A stretch of DNA of 61,930 nt from a virus (Duplodnaviria; Caudoviricetes). Below are positions 8,630 through 18,487 of this stretch, piece by piece. The position numbers and the translations under genes were made by a program. Location of the stretch: the IMG/VR virus record IMGVR_UViG_3300020045_006659, positions 1 to 61,930 of that record. One strand, 5' to 3'. The notes beneath the pieces are model-generated. The model saw only the letters and a program-made list of their open reading frames with translations. It had not been told where the DNA came from and ran no database searches. Positions within the stretch are counted from its first letter, which is position 1. Each line of letters starts with the position of its first letter.

Positions 8630-9775
8630 TTAGGTAAGCCCCACTCCGTTGATGATCCACCGTGTACTAGTAACCTTGCAAGCTGTCGCTACGCCATTCT
8701 CCGCGAGTGTCCGAGATCCCGTTGTGCCTGCTCCAGCCAAAACTAGGGTGTCGCTGGTAATTGCAATGGTCACAGTATTTTGATCGTTGATAAATGTGAT
8801 GCACGTCCCCACGACATAGGCCACGTTGGCATTTGAGTCAATCGTGAACGTCCTGGCATTGTCATCCGTCGTCGGATGGTAGATCATCTTTCCAGCGTCT
8901 CCCAAGACCGTTGTGTAGGCCGCTGATTGAGAATTCTGTGTGAGTGGCACATAAGCGCATGTCCCAACAGCCCCGGCACTAATAGCCGTTACCACAGTTG
9001 GAGCCGTGCAGCTTGTCGTGGTGATATTCAGATCCGCGCTGACGACTGCGCCCCATGATGGATTACCAGCAGCGTTTCCGTGCGCAACTGTAGTCGTCGT
9101 CCCTTGATTAGCAAACTGCGCACTCGCCAATGTCAGGTTTGACCATGTCCAACTAGAGACATTAGCCGTCGGGGCCGGGAACAGCATCACCTGATTCGCC
9201 GCAGGTACGGCATTGGGAGACACCAGCCGTACGCTGGTAGTCATCGTCGTCGGCGCGCCCCAGCCGAAAACATTCGCGCCAACAGCCGGCGCTGTGCCTT
9301 GACCTAGATCAATGGCGCCCGCAACGGAACCACCCACTCCGCTGGAGACCGTACCGGGAGTCGAAATATTCCCGCTGGCGTCCATGGTAGCGGTTGCTGC
9401 TGGCGTCTGAACGGCCTTAGCACCACCCCCGGTCATAAGTGCGGTTGAGGTTAAGGTTCCCGCAGCCGTTGCACAAGTCGCACAAGCGATAGTACCCGTA
9501 TCCGTGAAAGTACCTCCGGTAATTGGCGATGTAGTCGCTACGGAGGTGACGGTTCCGGCCCCGCCGCCGCCTGTCATCGCCGTCCATGTGTTCGTAGCTG
9601 AACAATAGTATGGGCCTACCGTGGCCGACGTTTTGAAGTACACATCGCCTGTGTTCGGGTTACAGGTCGCAGGGAGCGAGGAAGCATACACAATCCGTCG
9701 CGCCGTCGAAGAAAACTGAGCGTGTGCGGGAATAGAGCAAATTACAAATAAGATAGCGAGTGATAGTTTTCGCAT
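8630..9775 (-). CDS. Tail fibre-like protein with signal peptide
   Basis: GGGAGTVTSVAT, QNSQSAAYTTVL.DAGK and C-terminal RTLA.NG.AT..K....W.I.G.GLT fibre-tip pattern. Confidence 0.7.
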   Translation of the reverse strand: MRKLSLAILFVICSIPAHAQFSSTARRIVYASSLPATCNPNTGDVYFKTSATVGPYYCSATNTWTAMTGGGGAGTVTSVATTSPITGGTFTDTGTIACATCATAAGTLTSTALMTGGGAKAVQTPAATATMDASGNISTPGTVSSGVGGSVAGAIDLGQGTAPAVGANVFGWGAPTTMTTSVRLVSPNAVPAANQVMLFPAPTANVSSWTWSNLTLASAQFANQGTTTTVAHGNAAGNPSWGAVVSADLNITTTSCTAPTVVTAISAGAVGTCAYVPLTQNSQSAAYTTVLGDAGKMIYHPTTDDNARTFTIDSNANVAYVVGTCITFINDQNTVTIAITSDTLVLAGAGTTGSRTLAENGVATACKVTSTRWIINGVGLT

Positions 9776-9789
9776 GGGCTGGCCCTCCG

Positions 9790-10077
9790 TCAGCGCGTAA
9801 AGTAAATGAACTGGACCCCGTTGCCGTTGGTTGCCCCGTCAATCCAGATTTCGTAAAGGTCATAGCCGTTGATATCGGAAACAGGCCACGTCACGGCAGA
9901 ATCTCCGACAAGCATAGACAGCCCGCTTGTCGCAGATACCGTTGAGCCACCGATATAAACGGCATTGGTATTGGCCGCAAGCGGCTGGAAGGTGATCCAT
10001 GCCGCGATTTTGTGAACCGAAGAAAGACGCTCTCGCGTACCAGAAGCGGCCACTGTTTTATTGCCATCGTAAATCAT
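9790..10077 (-). CDS. Small virion-type beta protein
   Basis: RBS aaggag; NT..VYIGG..V....G..L..GD motif. Confidence 0.6.
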   Translation of the reverse strand: MIYDGNKTVAASGTRERLSSVHKIAAWITFQPLAANTNAVYIGGSTVSATSGLSMLVGDSAVTWPVSDINGYDLYEIWIDGATNGNGVQFIYFTR

Positions 10078-10189
10078 TCTAGAAATCTCCTTCGGGAAGT
10101 ACTTGCCATCGTGGATTCTCTGCTCTGCGGCGAGCCTCTCGTTTTCGCCAAAATTCACGCGCTTTTTGTGGGTCTTTGTATGGCATGGG

Positions 10190-12088
10190 CTAGGACTCTT
10201 TTACAACGAGCCTCGGTGGTTCTTGTCCCGATGCTTTTCTTCCGGCTGAACTGGTATTCATACCTAGATTCATGTTCTGTTGCATCTGCAATCGTTCCGG
10301 AATTGTCCCAGCAGGTGCTTCTCCAACATTCGGAATGCTTAGCTTTTCTAGGAGCGTCCAAATGTCACACCAGCCAGCCCGTGCCAGTTGAAGGTACTTC
10401 ATCTGCTCGTCAATCTGCGAAGACACAAGCTGCGATCCAGGGGCAACATGGTAGGTGAACTGCCGCATGACTTCCCGCGCACGCTCGTAGCGTGGCAGTG
10501 GGCCACGCATCAGTGCATCGGCAGTTGGGATACCGCGCTCATCGTAGTCGTTGTTATGCACAAACGCCGGGATCATTGACCCTGGGTCAAAATCGAAGTC
10601 CTCAAAGGTCGCCCCGCTTGACCCAAGAATCTGAATGCGCTTCGGTAAGGAATAGAACTGCGCGAAGTTGTAGGCGGTTATCATGCCAAACTCGCGCATG
10701 AACGCTTCGATGGCCCTGGAGCGTCCGCGTACAATCGGCGTCATTGACTCGCCAATTTTCTCAATTGTGCTAGCCGATGGAATCTGTTGGAGCCGCATCA
10801 TCTGGCTCATGTCGCGCACGCCAGAGAGGTTGTCCATGGCGTCTTTGTAGAGTTCGATGGAACGGAACACCGCATCCGGCAACGCAGGCGGGTAGCTGAT
10901 CTGAATGCCCTTCCCCATGGCAGGGTTTTGCTGGAGCTTAAGCCCAGCCTTGCGGGTATCAATCTTATCCATCGCGTGCCGCGACGTGGAGTTCTTGTCT
11001 GCGATCAGATCCGGCCGCGCCAACTTCTCCATGTAGTCTTCGAGGACACGCAAAGACTTATCCAGTGACCGCTGAAGCGGAATGAGATCCCAAAGCGGAG
11101 CCTTGCCAAGCCACGTCCAGGGCCACGGGTCCAGCGACAGCTTGCAATAAGGGAACAGTCCGTGCCAGTAGATCGACGGTCCATCGTAGAGGATTACACT
11201 TTTCGTGAAGACGATACAGCGCTTACGGGGGTAAAGGAGATCCCCCTTCTTGACGATGTAAGACCAGTTGTTAGCAGGCTCACCGGCTTCCGTTTGCTCT
11301 CCCATGACGCGCGGAATGTTGCTCTCATGGCGGCGGTCATCATCCACGTACATCGTGTACACGTCTGCCGTGGGGATGCGCGGCATGTCCCGCGATGGTT
11401 GGTCCTCCCCGAACAAACGGCGGCGGAACGGCGAAGACATCTGTTCCAGAATCTTGCCGGCGCGGGTATTTTTCAGTGACGTTACATTGCCGTCCCGATC
11501 AGGGGATACGCGATCCGCCTTGTGGCCATAGCGGGAGCGGAGATAGTTGATTGTCCGCATCCTGCGGGCAACCACCCCCATCGCATCCTGGACGGTGTGC
11601 ATGGAGTTCGGGCGGATCGGAAGTACGTCGCGCGGATCTTCGGAGCTGATATCCAGGTCATCCCATGATTCGTTGTAGAACGGGTGAACCCAGCCAGTTC
11701 CGCCAACTAGGTAATACTTTACGGCCTCGCTGAACTTCATGTCGATGCCGCGCTGCGTGTACCAAGCGCTTGATAGCTTCCCGAAGATTTCCGCGCTTTG
11801 CTCGAAGCGCTTATTGTAGGTCTTGAACTCCCAGAACGGCTTTACATCCGTCAGCAGGGCCGCTTGATCGTTGGCAATCTTTCCGAAGTGGTTGCTGGAT
11901 GTGGTTGATAGGGTTGAAGATTTAAGGGTTTCGTTCTTCCCCATGATAGTCTTGATCGACGTGTCAATCTTGTCGAATCCATCTTGGGACCGCACATACC
12001 CATCCCCTTCCTCGACGGCTTCCAGGCACCATCCAAGCGTGCGGAACTCACTGTCGTTCGGGTAAGCCGGGATGGGAGGGGCGCTCAT
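10190..12088 (-). CDS. Portal protein (podovirus/P22-like)
   Basis: 632 aa; Y.L.GGTGW, DPR.V.P, LYDGPS.YWHG.FPY, LIPLQ..L, .LSGV.D and .FY...KRIQI.G portal patterns. Confidence 0.85.
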   Translation of the reverse strand: MSAPPIPAYPNDSEFRTLGWCLEAVEEGDGYVRSQDGFDKIDTSIKTIMGKNETLKSSTLSTTSSNHFGKIANDQAALLTDVKPFWEFKTYNKRFEQSAEIFGKLSSAWYTQRGIDMKFSEAVKYYLVGGTGWVHPFYNESWDDLDISSEDPRDVLPIRPNSMHTVQDAMGVVARRMRTINYLRSRYGHKADRVSPDRDGNVTSLKNTRAGKILEQMSSPFRRRLFGEDQPSRDMPRIPTADVYTMYVDDDRRHESNIPRVMGEQTEAGEPANNWSYIVKKGDLLYPRKRCIVFTKSVILYDGPSIYWHGLFPYCKLSLDPWPWTWLGKAPLWDLIPLQRSLDKSLRVLEDYMEKLARPDLIADKNSTSRHAMDKIDTRKAGLKLQQNPAMGKGIQISYPPALPDAVFRSIELYKDAMDNLSGVRDMSQMMRLQQIPSASTIEKIGESMTPIVRGRSRAIEAFMREFGMITAYNFAQFYSLPKRIQILGSSGATFEDFDFDPGSMIPAFVHNNDYDERGIPTADALMRGPLPRYERAREVMRQFTYHVAPGSQLVSSQIDEQMKYLQLARAGWCDIWTLLEKLSIPNVGEAPAGTIPERLQMQQNMNLGMNTSSAGRKASGQEPPRLVVKES

Positions 12089-12486
12089 GCTCTGCCGTGG
12101 CCTCTCTCTGGTAGGCGTCCATCGCCATCGAAGCTCTTGCCGGAGCCGCGATCAAACCAGCGGCGCTCACTCAGTACCTTGGCCTGCTTCTCAAACTTGG
12201 CGTAGTCCTGATCGGTACGCAATTCCCGGCGTACATAGCCCTGTTGCTGGTAGCGCACGGGCATAGGCGCTGTGCTCAGACCGGGGTACTTGATGTCGCC
12301 GGTGCCGGGATGCTCCCAAACAACAGCAGTTTCGTCCTTGGCAAAGGCTACCGCGCCTTGGCGCTTGGGAAGGAAGACCATCGTGGAATGGTCTTTGTGC
12401 TCCGGGCACGGTAGCCAGTCGAAGCCGTCTTGTGACTTGGCCTCAAAGAAATGTCCTCGTGGGCACTCAAAGTCGTGAATCGGCAT
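12085..12486 (-). CDS. FmdB-like zinc-ribbon protein
   Basis: MPIHDFECPRGHFFE...PCPEH. Confidence 0.6.
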   Translation of the reverse strand: MPIHDFECPRGHFFEAKSQDGFDWLPCPEHKDHSTMVFLPKRQGAVAFAKDETAVVWEHPGTGDIKYPGLSTAPMPVRYQQQGYVRRELRTDQDYAKFEKQAKVLSERRWFDRGSGKSFDGDGRLPERGHGRA

Positions 12487-12489
12487 ATT

Positions 12490-12909
12490 TTATCTCAACC
12501 CGCAATAGCTTTCAGACCATTGTGTGACCATCGTTTGCAGCCACGTCTTGAAATCGGCGGCTTTCGGTGCCCGCGTCCGCAGACGTTCCAATAGGTTCGG
12601 CGCGAACGTGATTGTTAATCCGTTGATGGTGACGGTAAGGTTGTTCCGCAGCACTGCCAGAACGGATGCGGGCTTGTCCATGTTGCGGCCCAGAATAGAT
12701 TCCAGTTCGCGTCGCTGCTGGTCGTTGAAATACAAAGGTTTAGTAGCATTGTAGGTAACGCATTCGCGTAGGCGGCTGGCTAGGAGTTCTTCGAGTTCGA
12801 CGCCGTATTCAGAGGCTTCTTTTTCGTAGTCGGCGCGAACCTTGGCGGGGAGTGTGAGGGTAATCCGCAAATCTACCGCTGCGGGCGCGGCTGGTGCAAT
12901 TGTCGCCAT
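12490..12909 (-). CDS. Hypothetical protein, possibly tandem RHH-like
   Basis: RITLTLP..V...Y and second ITF.P.LLERL repeats. Confidence 0.55.
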   Translation of the reverse strand: MATIAPAAPAAVDLRITLTLPAKVRADYEKEASEYGVELEELLASRLRECVTYNATKPLYFNDQQRRELESILGRNMDKPASVLAVLRNNLTVTINGLTITFAPNLLERLRTRAPKAADFKTWLQTMVTQWSESYCGLR

Positions 12910-12915
12910 TGCCTA

Positions 12916-12984
12916 AAGATACACGGAAAGGCAATACGAATACAAGGGGTAGTGGTTGTTTGGTAATACCACTACAGGTTGTGG
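12916..12984 (-). promoter_or_regulatory. Promoter of the portal operon with two NrdR-like boxes
   Basis: TTGTAT-18-TATCTT with extended TG; boxes at 12940..12955 and 12969..12984 (CCACTACAGGTTGTGG). Confidence 0.55.
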
Positions 12985-15582
12985 TTACTGAGGCGGAGGA
13001 GGAATCGGAAGCATACCGAAGGCTTCTTGGAAGGACTGTAATGGAGTTGGCACTTCTCCAAACAGACTTTCCCCTCCCATGGCAAATTGAGCATCCTGCG
13101 AATACTGATGGACTGCCTGCCGTAGCTGCGTCATCGGCATTTTCTGAAGCGCCTTGGCCATAGACACCACGTCAGGAGGGTATTGCTCCCCGCCAAATAA
13201 CCCGTTTTGCTTTACAAAATCATCAAGCGTCTTGGCGTTATGAAGTTTGGCCTGTTCAAGCAAGTCGAGTGAGTCTTGAATCTTGGGCGTTAAATTCCAT
13301 TCCGGGTATCCTTCTACCCGTGCCAGTGGCGCGGCAATGTGCTCCAGCCTGTTTCGTACTAATGCTGGCATACGATCCATTTGCGCTGGATCTCTGAAGA
13401 ACCGTCCCACTAGCAGCTTGGAAATTCGCTCTCGTCCTGCATCCGTCAACGCATCACCGGAAGCATATCCGGCGCGTTCCTGTGGTGTGATAACGCCATC
13501 TGCGATCAGACGATTAAGAACTTCTGCCCCAGGCTTCCCATTGAGAATGTCTGATAGCGTAGATGCTCCACCCTCCGCCTCCAATCGCGCCGCCACATGA
13601 TCGAGTGTTCCTTGGGAAACACGTCTGGAATCAGCGATAGAACGTTCAGCGGGGCGTAACGATGCTGTCCCGGTTTTGTTTAAGTCAGTGATGGAAGCCT
13701 GCGCCTTGGAGGAATTGGCAACCGCTTCATCCGCTACTTCCCGAACCAAAACAGGTTGCTTCATTAACCTAACTTGCTTGGGGTCAATGCCGAATTGTGC
13801 GGCCTTCTGTTCCAGAAGTGACTTGTACTCCTCAGCTCCCTTGGGATGATATTTGTACACTCTCTGCAACATCATGCCCCTGCCATTACCCCCTAGCGCA
13901 TTGCCTGCGCTGTCAATAACTACAGGGCCATTCGTGGCATCTGGATTGTCCGTAATGTGGTAACGTGAATCCCAGAACTCCGGGGAAGCATTATTCAGCA
14001 CCTTGGCTTGGTTGTCAGGGTTACGATAGTCCCGATCATTCACCAAAGTATAGTGGGGGTTCTTTTGGAACGTGATCCCACTATGCGACGTTTGAATATC
14101 GTCTAGTTCACGTAACGCATACTTGGCGGGGAGGGAAGTTTTTTCTCCGGGGATTTTGACGCTTGTTGTCGCGCCAATTGTTGGCGCTTCTGTTCCAGTC
14201 GGTCTTTGAATCGGCGAACTTGCTCCGCTTTGTCCTGCTTGTGCTGTGGATTGTTCAACATTGGTTGCTCCTGCCCCCGTACTAGGGGGCGTTACTTTTG
14301 GGCCAGTACCACCAGCAGGAGGCGGGGTCATCCCCATCTCGGCGGCCAAGTGCTTTCTGAATTCCTCGAAGGATCGGCTACGCGATCCGCTCTGTGGACG
14401 ATAACCTAGCTTCCGCTGTACCGTAGCCAATTCATCATCAGTCATCTTCAGCACGTCTGCTGCCGTTTTATTCCCGCCTGCTGAACTTTTCAGGAAATTG
14501 GCAATCTTAGTGTCTTTCGCTAAGGCTTCGGAATGTCCGATGTCTGCCTGCTTAGTATAGTGCTCTCGGCGGTGTTCTGGTACATGGCCTGGAGCTTGCG
14601 GAACAGGGCCATAACCAGCAGTAGAAGAGGGCGAAGACGCTGCGGGGGGAGTAGCCGCTGGAGCAGCCGACTGACCGGGAGGCGGCGGCATCTGTTTAGC
14701 ATAAAGGGAATCCACAGCCTGAGCTGATTTAGGGTCAAGAGATGCGTACTTCCCCTTCCCTAAGCTCTTGGCGATCTCGTCTTTGGTAAAGATTTGCGGG
14801 CCTACTTCGGCGGTTGCTCCAGACGCTCCCGGTGGAGGCGGTGGCCAAGGAGAATGAGTCAATGCCCCAGCAGCACGCGGCGGAGCCATCGGTACATTCA
14901 CCGTACCGCTAATCTTAAAATAATCACTTGGTTTCGATTGCGGAGGGGGCGGAACAGTTGCCTTTCGTCCTGCCGTAGCCGTGCTGGATGCAGGATCAAA
15001 TTTAGGAGCCGGAGTGGTAGCGGTAGACTTACCCGCCCGTTCCCCTAGCAGTTTTCTGAACCATCCCGTTCCATGTTCCTGCATGGCTTCGGCGATTTCA
15101 GGAGATAGCTTAGTCCCAACGGCGATAGATGTTGCGAATCCAAGCGGATGCGCGATATAGGCGGGAAGCCCAATTTTCCCCGCTGCCCAATCAACGGCTG
15201 CGCCAGATCCAACAGTGGCCGCAAGGTTACGGGCACGCTGCGCTAACGTACCAATTGCCGCCCCAGCGGGAACCGCCAACCCAGCGCCTTCATCTGGTAG
15301 GTACTCCGCAATATCACCAATGCCAGTAGCAATCTTGCCAAGCGTGCTATCAGGGCCTACCGTCTCAGCAAAGGACTTATGCGGCCCCGCTGACGGAACT
15401 CCCCATGGCGCTTTCGTGGGAGTTTCAATGACATTTGGCCGCGCTACTGGCGCTGGCGAAAAGTCATCGTAACTGCCGGGATGCTTCGCTTGGATTTTCA
15501 GGCCAAGCTCATCATCGGGGATGTCGGCGTATTCAGGGTACTTAGATTTAACCTGTCGCCCAAGATCAGCTACTGTAGGCAT
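12985..15582 (-). CDS. Ejected/polyvalent protein with DdrB-like ParB domain
   Basis: N-terminal KYPEYADI.D.EL ejection-protein motif; KY.L.ELDD...SH, DRDY, GP.VI...G..LGGNGR and MK.PVLVR. Confidence 0.8.
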   Translation of the reverse strand: MPTVADLGRQVKSKYPEYADIPDDELGLKIQAKHPGSYDDFSPAPVARPNVIETPTKAPWGVPSAGPHKSFAETVGPDSTLGKIATGIGDIAEYLPDEGAGLAVPAGAAIGTLAQRARNLAATVGSGAAVDWAAGKIGLPAYIAHPLGFATSIAVGTKLSPEIAEAMQEHGTGWFRKLLGERAGKSTATTPAPKFDPASSTATAGRKATVPPPPQSKPSDYFKISGTVNVPMAPPRAAGALTHSPWPPPPPGASGATAEVGPQIFTKDEIAKSLGKGKYASLDPKSAQAVDSLYAKQMPPPPGQSAAPAATPPAASSPSSTAGYGPVPQAPGHVPEHRREHYTKQADIGHSEALAKDTKIANFLKSSAGGNKTAADVLKMTDDELATVQRKLGYRPQSGSRSRSFEEFRKHLAAEMGMTPPPAGGTGPKVTPPSTGAGATNVEQSTAQAGQSGASSPIQRPTGTEAPTIGATTSVKIPGEKTSLPAKYALRELDDIQTSHSGITFQKNPHYTLVNDRDYRNPDNQAKVLNNASPEFWDSRYHITDNPDATNGPVVIDSAGNALGGNGRGMMLQRVYKYHPKGAEEYKSLLEQKAAQFGIDPKQVRLMKQPVLVREVADEAVANSSKAQASITDLNKTGTASLRPAERSIADSRRVSQGTLDHVAARLEAEGGASTLSDILNGKPGAEVLNRLIADGVITPQERAGYASGDALTDAGRERISKLLVGRFFRDPAQMDRMPALVRNRLEHIAAPLARVEGYPEWNLTPKIQDSLDLLEQAKLHNAKTLDDFVKQNGLFGGEQYPPDVVSMAKALQKMPMTQLRQAVHQYSQDAQFAMGGESLFGEVPTPLQSFQEAFGMLPIPPPPQ

Positions 15583-17456
15583 TATCGAATACCTAGCGGG
15601 TCCTTTTTCGCGTCAGAGTCCTGGCCGGGGGGTGGAGGAACAACACCAGTTTTTCTCCCGTCCTCCATTGCCGATGTACGCGCTTCCTTTAGTCGATCCT
15701 CAAGCTGCGTCAACTTTTCGTAGATCAGCTTAGGGCTATCAATCCAGACGTTCGGCGTATGCTCTAACCCTTTTTCGAGCACGTTATGGGCTCGGCTCAT
15801 GCCCTTGATGAGTTGCCCTGCCGATTGGAGTCCGGTGAAGCTGAGTTCCGCAATGTCGTTTGCAAGTTGCCCATCTCCACCAGCGGCACCAGTCTTATAC
15901 TGGATTCTCGCCTTGGTGAAGTACCCGCGCCGATCATCATTCTTCGCTTTTTCCAGACGTGCCTTTAGACCGCGAATGGATTTCAGTCGAGGATCAATCT
16001 CCGAGATCAGCTTTTGGAACGGCGGGGCTAGGGGAATAGGGATTTCCTGATTATGTTCCGCTAAATACTGCTTCACCGCGCCAGCCGTCCGAGCATCAGC
16101 AGGTAACGGTAACTCACCCTTGGCCACTTGCTCAGCGGTCATCTTGACAGCAGCGGGGAAACTATCACTCGGCACAGCCGCGCCTCTCGCGCCTTGCGCT
16201 CGGCCACCGCCACCGCCAGATGGCCCTGCGCCCTTTCTGGTACTTGTAACCGTATCCGGCAGGCCGGGAGTATGCTGCACGGAAGTAGTAGGATCACCAA
16301 CCCCCAATGCTCCAGGAATTGCAGTTGGCGCTTGCCCTGCCGCGATCTGCGCTGCTGAGGCAATACCTTTGCCGCCCCCCTGAAGATCGTAGGGCTTCGG
16401 AATAGCCAGCGGAGGCGGAACGATCCCCTCAAGCACTTGGCCCGGAGCGCCATAGCGATTCCCCAAGACGGCCTGACTTTTGTCATTCATCATGACTGGC
16501 TGGCTAGGCGAAGTTGGCGAATACCTGCGCTGTCCTGCTACGATCTGTGTCTTACTGAACCCATCAGCGGGCAATGGGACAACGGTTCCGTCATCATTCA
16601 CATAGGCCGCATTTGGATCAATCGCCAGAATCTCTTTATTGCTCGTGACGCCAGCCAGAGTAATCGGGCGATTCATGGCAGCGGAGGTTCCGGCTAAGTT
16701 CCGACCCGTCTTAATTTCCGCCCGTTCAGCGGGGGTGAGGGAATCCCAAACACTCTTTTTCGTGACGGGGTCAATCTCTCCCTGTAGTTCCTTGATGTCC
16801 TGATTGATCTGCTGCTTTTGGAAGTCGCTTAGCGCGCGGCGCTCCTTGCCCATGGCGTCATATTGAGCGCCATACTGAGCCTTATAGCGTTCCTGTTCTT
16901 CCCCTAGCTTCAGATTCATAGCACGTCTAGGATCAACAGCTTGCCACTCATCAGGACTGCCCAAAAACGGCGCTGTGCCACCAACCGCTAGTTGCGCCGT
17001 TGGGACTGATTGCTGTCCCGGAGGCGCGGGCGGAGGCCCCGCGATGGGCGCTATCGTCTGCGGATTGCCTTGTGGCTGATCGGTCGCGCGGCTTGCTGGC
17101 CCTTGCGTCGGAAGCGAGAACTGAGGCTCGGATTGCTGCATCCGTGGAGGCGGTTCCGCAGGAGCTAGTGTAGGCGCTTGCGGCTTGGGTTGTGCCTGCT
17201 GGCGACGCTGATACTCAAGCATCGGACCCTGAAGATCGAACTTCTTCGCATCGAACTTCATCGTCGGCGTCGAAGCAATCTGAAACGCGAGGTTATGGTA
17301 GTGCTGTGCTACCTGTGGATCGGCACCTGTGTTATCGGCAAGCTGTTGCGCCATCTTGAGCATAGCGCTGTGAGTGTTGGCTTTGTCCTGCAAGTCGAGA
17401 AGATTCTTCTCATGCAGGCGTTGCCCGATTGCTCCGATGACTCCAAATGCTCCCAT
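15582..17456 (-). CDS. Putative DNA ejection (internal virion) protein
   Basis: P/Q/A/G-rich, C-terminal KKDPLGIR, located in the ejection cluster. Confidence 0.65.
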   Translation of the reverse strand: MGAFGVIGAIGQRLHEKNLLDLQDKANTHSAMLKMAQQLADNTGADPQVAQHYHNLAFQIASTPTMKFDAKKFDLQGPMLEYQRRQQAQPKPQAPTLAPAEPPPRMQQSEPQFSLPTQGPASRATDQPQGNPQTIAPIAGPPPAPPGQQSVPTAQLAVGGTAPFLGSPDEWQAVDPRRAMNLKLGEEQERYKAQYGAQYDAMGKERRALSDFQKQQINQDIKELQGEIDPVTKKSVWDSLTPAERAEIKTGRNLAGTSAAMNRPITLAGVTSNKEILAIDPNAAYVNDDGTVVPLPADGFSKTQIVAGQRRYSPTSPSQPVMMNDKSQAVLGNRYGAPGQVLEGIVPPPLAIPKPYDLQGGGKGIASAAQIAAGQAPTAIPGALGVGDPTTSVQHTPGLPDTVTSTRKGAGPSGGGGGRAQGARGAAVPSDSFPAAVKMTAEQVAKGELPLPADARTAGAVKQYLAEHNQEIPIPLAPPFQKLISEIDPRLKSIRGLKARLEKAKNDDRRGYFTKARIQYKTGAAGGDGQLANDIAELSFTGLQSAGQLIKGMSRAHNVLEKGLEHTPNVWIDSPKLIYEKLTQLEDRLKEARTSAMEDGRKTGVVPPPPGQDSDAKKDPLGIR

Positions 17457-17468
17457 AAAAAAGGTCCT

Positions 17469-18140
17469 TTATTGCGTCTGCGATCCGTTAAGACCCCATC
17501 CGCCGCCGCCGCCAGCCGTTCCGCCGCCGAAAATCTTGCCCCAATTGACGGAGTTGAGGATGTCGAACAAGCCGCCACCGAGAGCGCCACCCTGTTGCGC
17601 CCCCATTTGCTGTTGCGGGTACATCTGGCCTAACAAGGTTGAACCGGCTTGGTTTGTGGTTCCAAGCAGTGAATTCCCAAGATTTCCGGTCATTGAGCCA
17701 ATCGTCGGGAGCGCTTGCGCCGCTTGATTGCGGGCATTTGAGATGAGATTCGTCGTCATCCCTGAAAGCTGAAATGGAGCATTTGCCATCGTGGATGCCC
17801 TGCCGCCACCCATCGGAGCGAAAGTGTTGACTTGCCGTTGTGCATTCGTATAGCCGCTTCGGAGCGCGTTGAGTTCAGGAGCAATAGCCTGCCCTACCGA
17901 GGCCGGATTCCCCGAAAGAATGCTGGTGTAGTAGTCGATGGCCGGGTTGAATGCGCGGCTGGAGTTTGCCAGCATCCCCGTAGCGCCCTGTGACGCTGCG
18001 CCTTGCGTGTTGATGAGCTGATTGTAGGTGCCCCCTACCTGTCCATGGGCAGGTCCTTGTGCTTTAGACCCACTGCCGCCACCAAATAAGCCCCCGACCA
18101 GGCTACCGATAGCCGGAATTGCTGGAGCGAGAAAACCCAT
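17469..18140 (-). CDS. Putative ejection/pilot protein (P22 gp7-like)
   Basis: N-terminus IPAIGSLVGGLFGGGS; G/A/Q/N-rich. Confidence 0.7.
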   Translation of the reverse strand: MGFLAPAIPAIGSLVGGLFGGGSGSKAQGPAHGQVGGTYNQLINTQGAASQGATGMLANSSRAFNPAIDYYTSILSGNPASVGQAIAPELNALRSGYTNAQRQVNTFAPMGGGRASTMANAPFQLSGMTTNLISNARNQAAQALPTIGSMTGNLGNSLLGTTNQAGSTLLGQMYPQQQMGAQQGGALGGGLFDILNSVNWGKIFGGGTAGGGGGWGLNGSQTQ

Positions 18141-18487
18141 TAGACCTCCTTACCCCAGAACTCTCCGAGGCGTTCAAATCCGGCTAACTGGACGATTCGA
18201 TTCATTTTCTCATCCTGTGTATAACAATAAACCGAAAGCCCTTGTTTGTCCAATAGCATAGGCGTCTCCAGGGTTTCCTGAAGCGACAGGAAATTTACGT
18301 AAGGGTCTTCGATGACTAGCGGCTCCATGTGGATTACCATTTGCAGGAATAAGACGCCCTTGATTTCACCATCCTTCTCGGCAACCGCCGCCGCCGCCAG
18401 CCTTTGATCGGGAACTGCCTTACCCTGCCGCGCCATGATCGGATCTAGTCGATACCATTCCTCAGCGGGGAGGATGCGATACGTCAT
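18140..18487 (-). CDS. GNAT-fold-like small protein
   Basis: VAEKDGEI.G and ..RI...AGF.R patterns; usual position before ejection genes. Confidence 0.55.
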   Translation of the reverse strand: MTYRILPAEEWYRLDPIMARQGKAVPDQRLAAAAVAEKDGEIKGVLFLQMVIHMEPLVIEDPYVNFLSLQETLETPMLLDKQGLSVYCYTQDEKMNRIVQLAGFERLGEFWGKEV

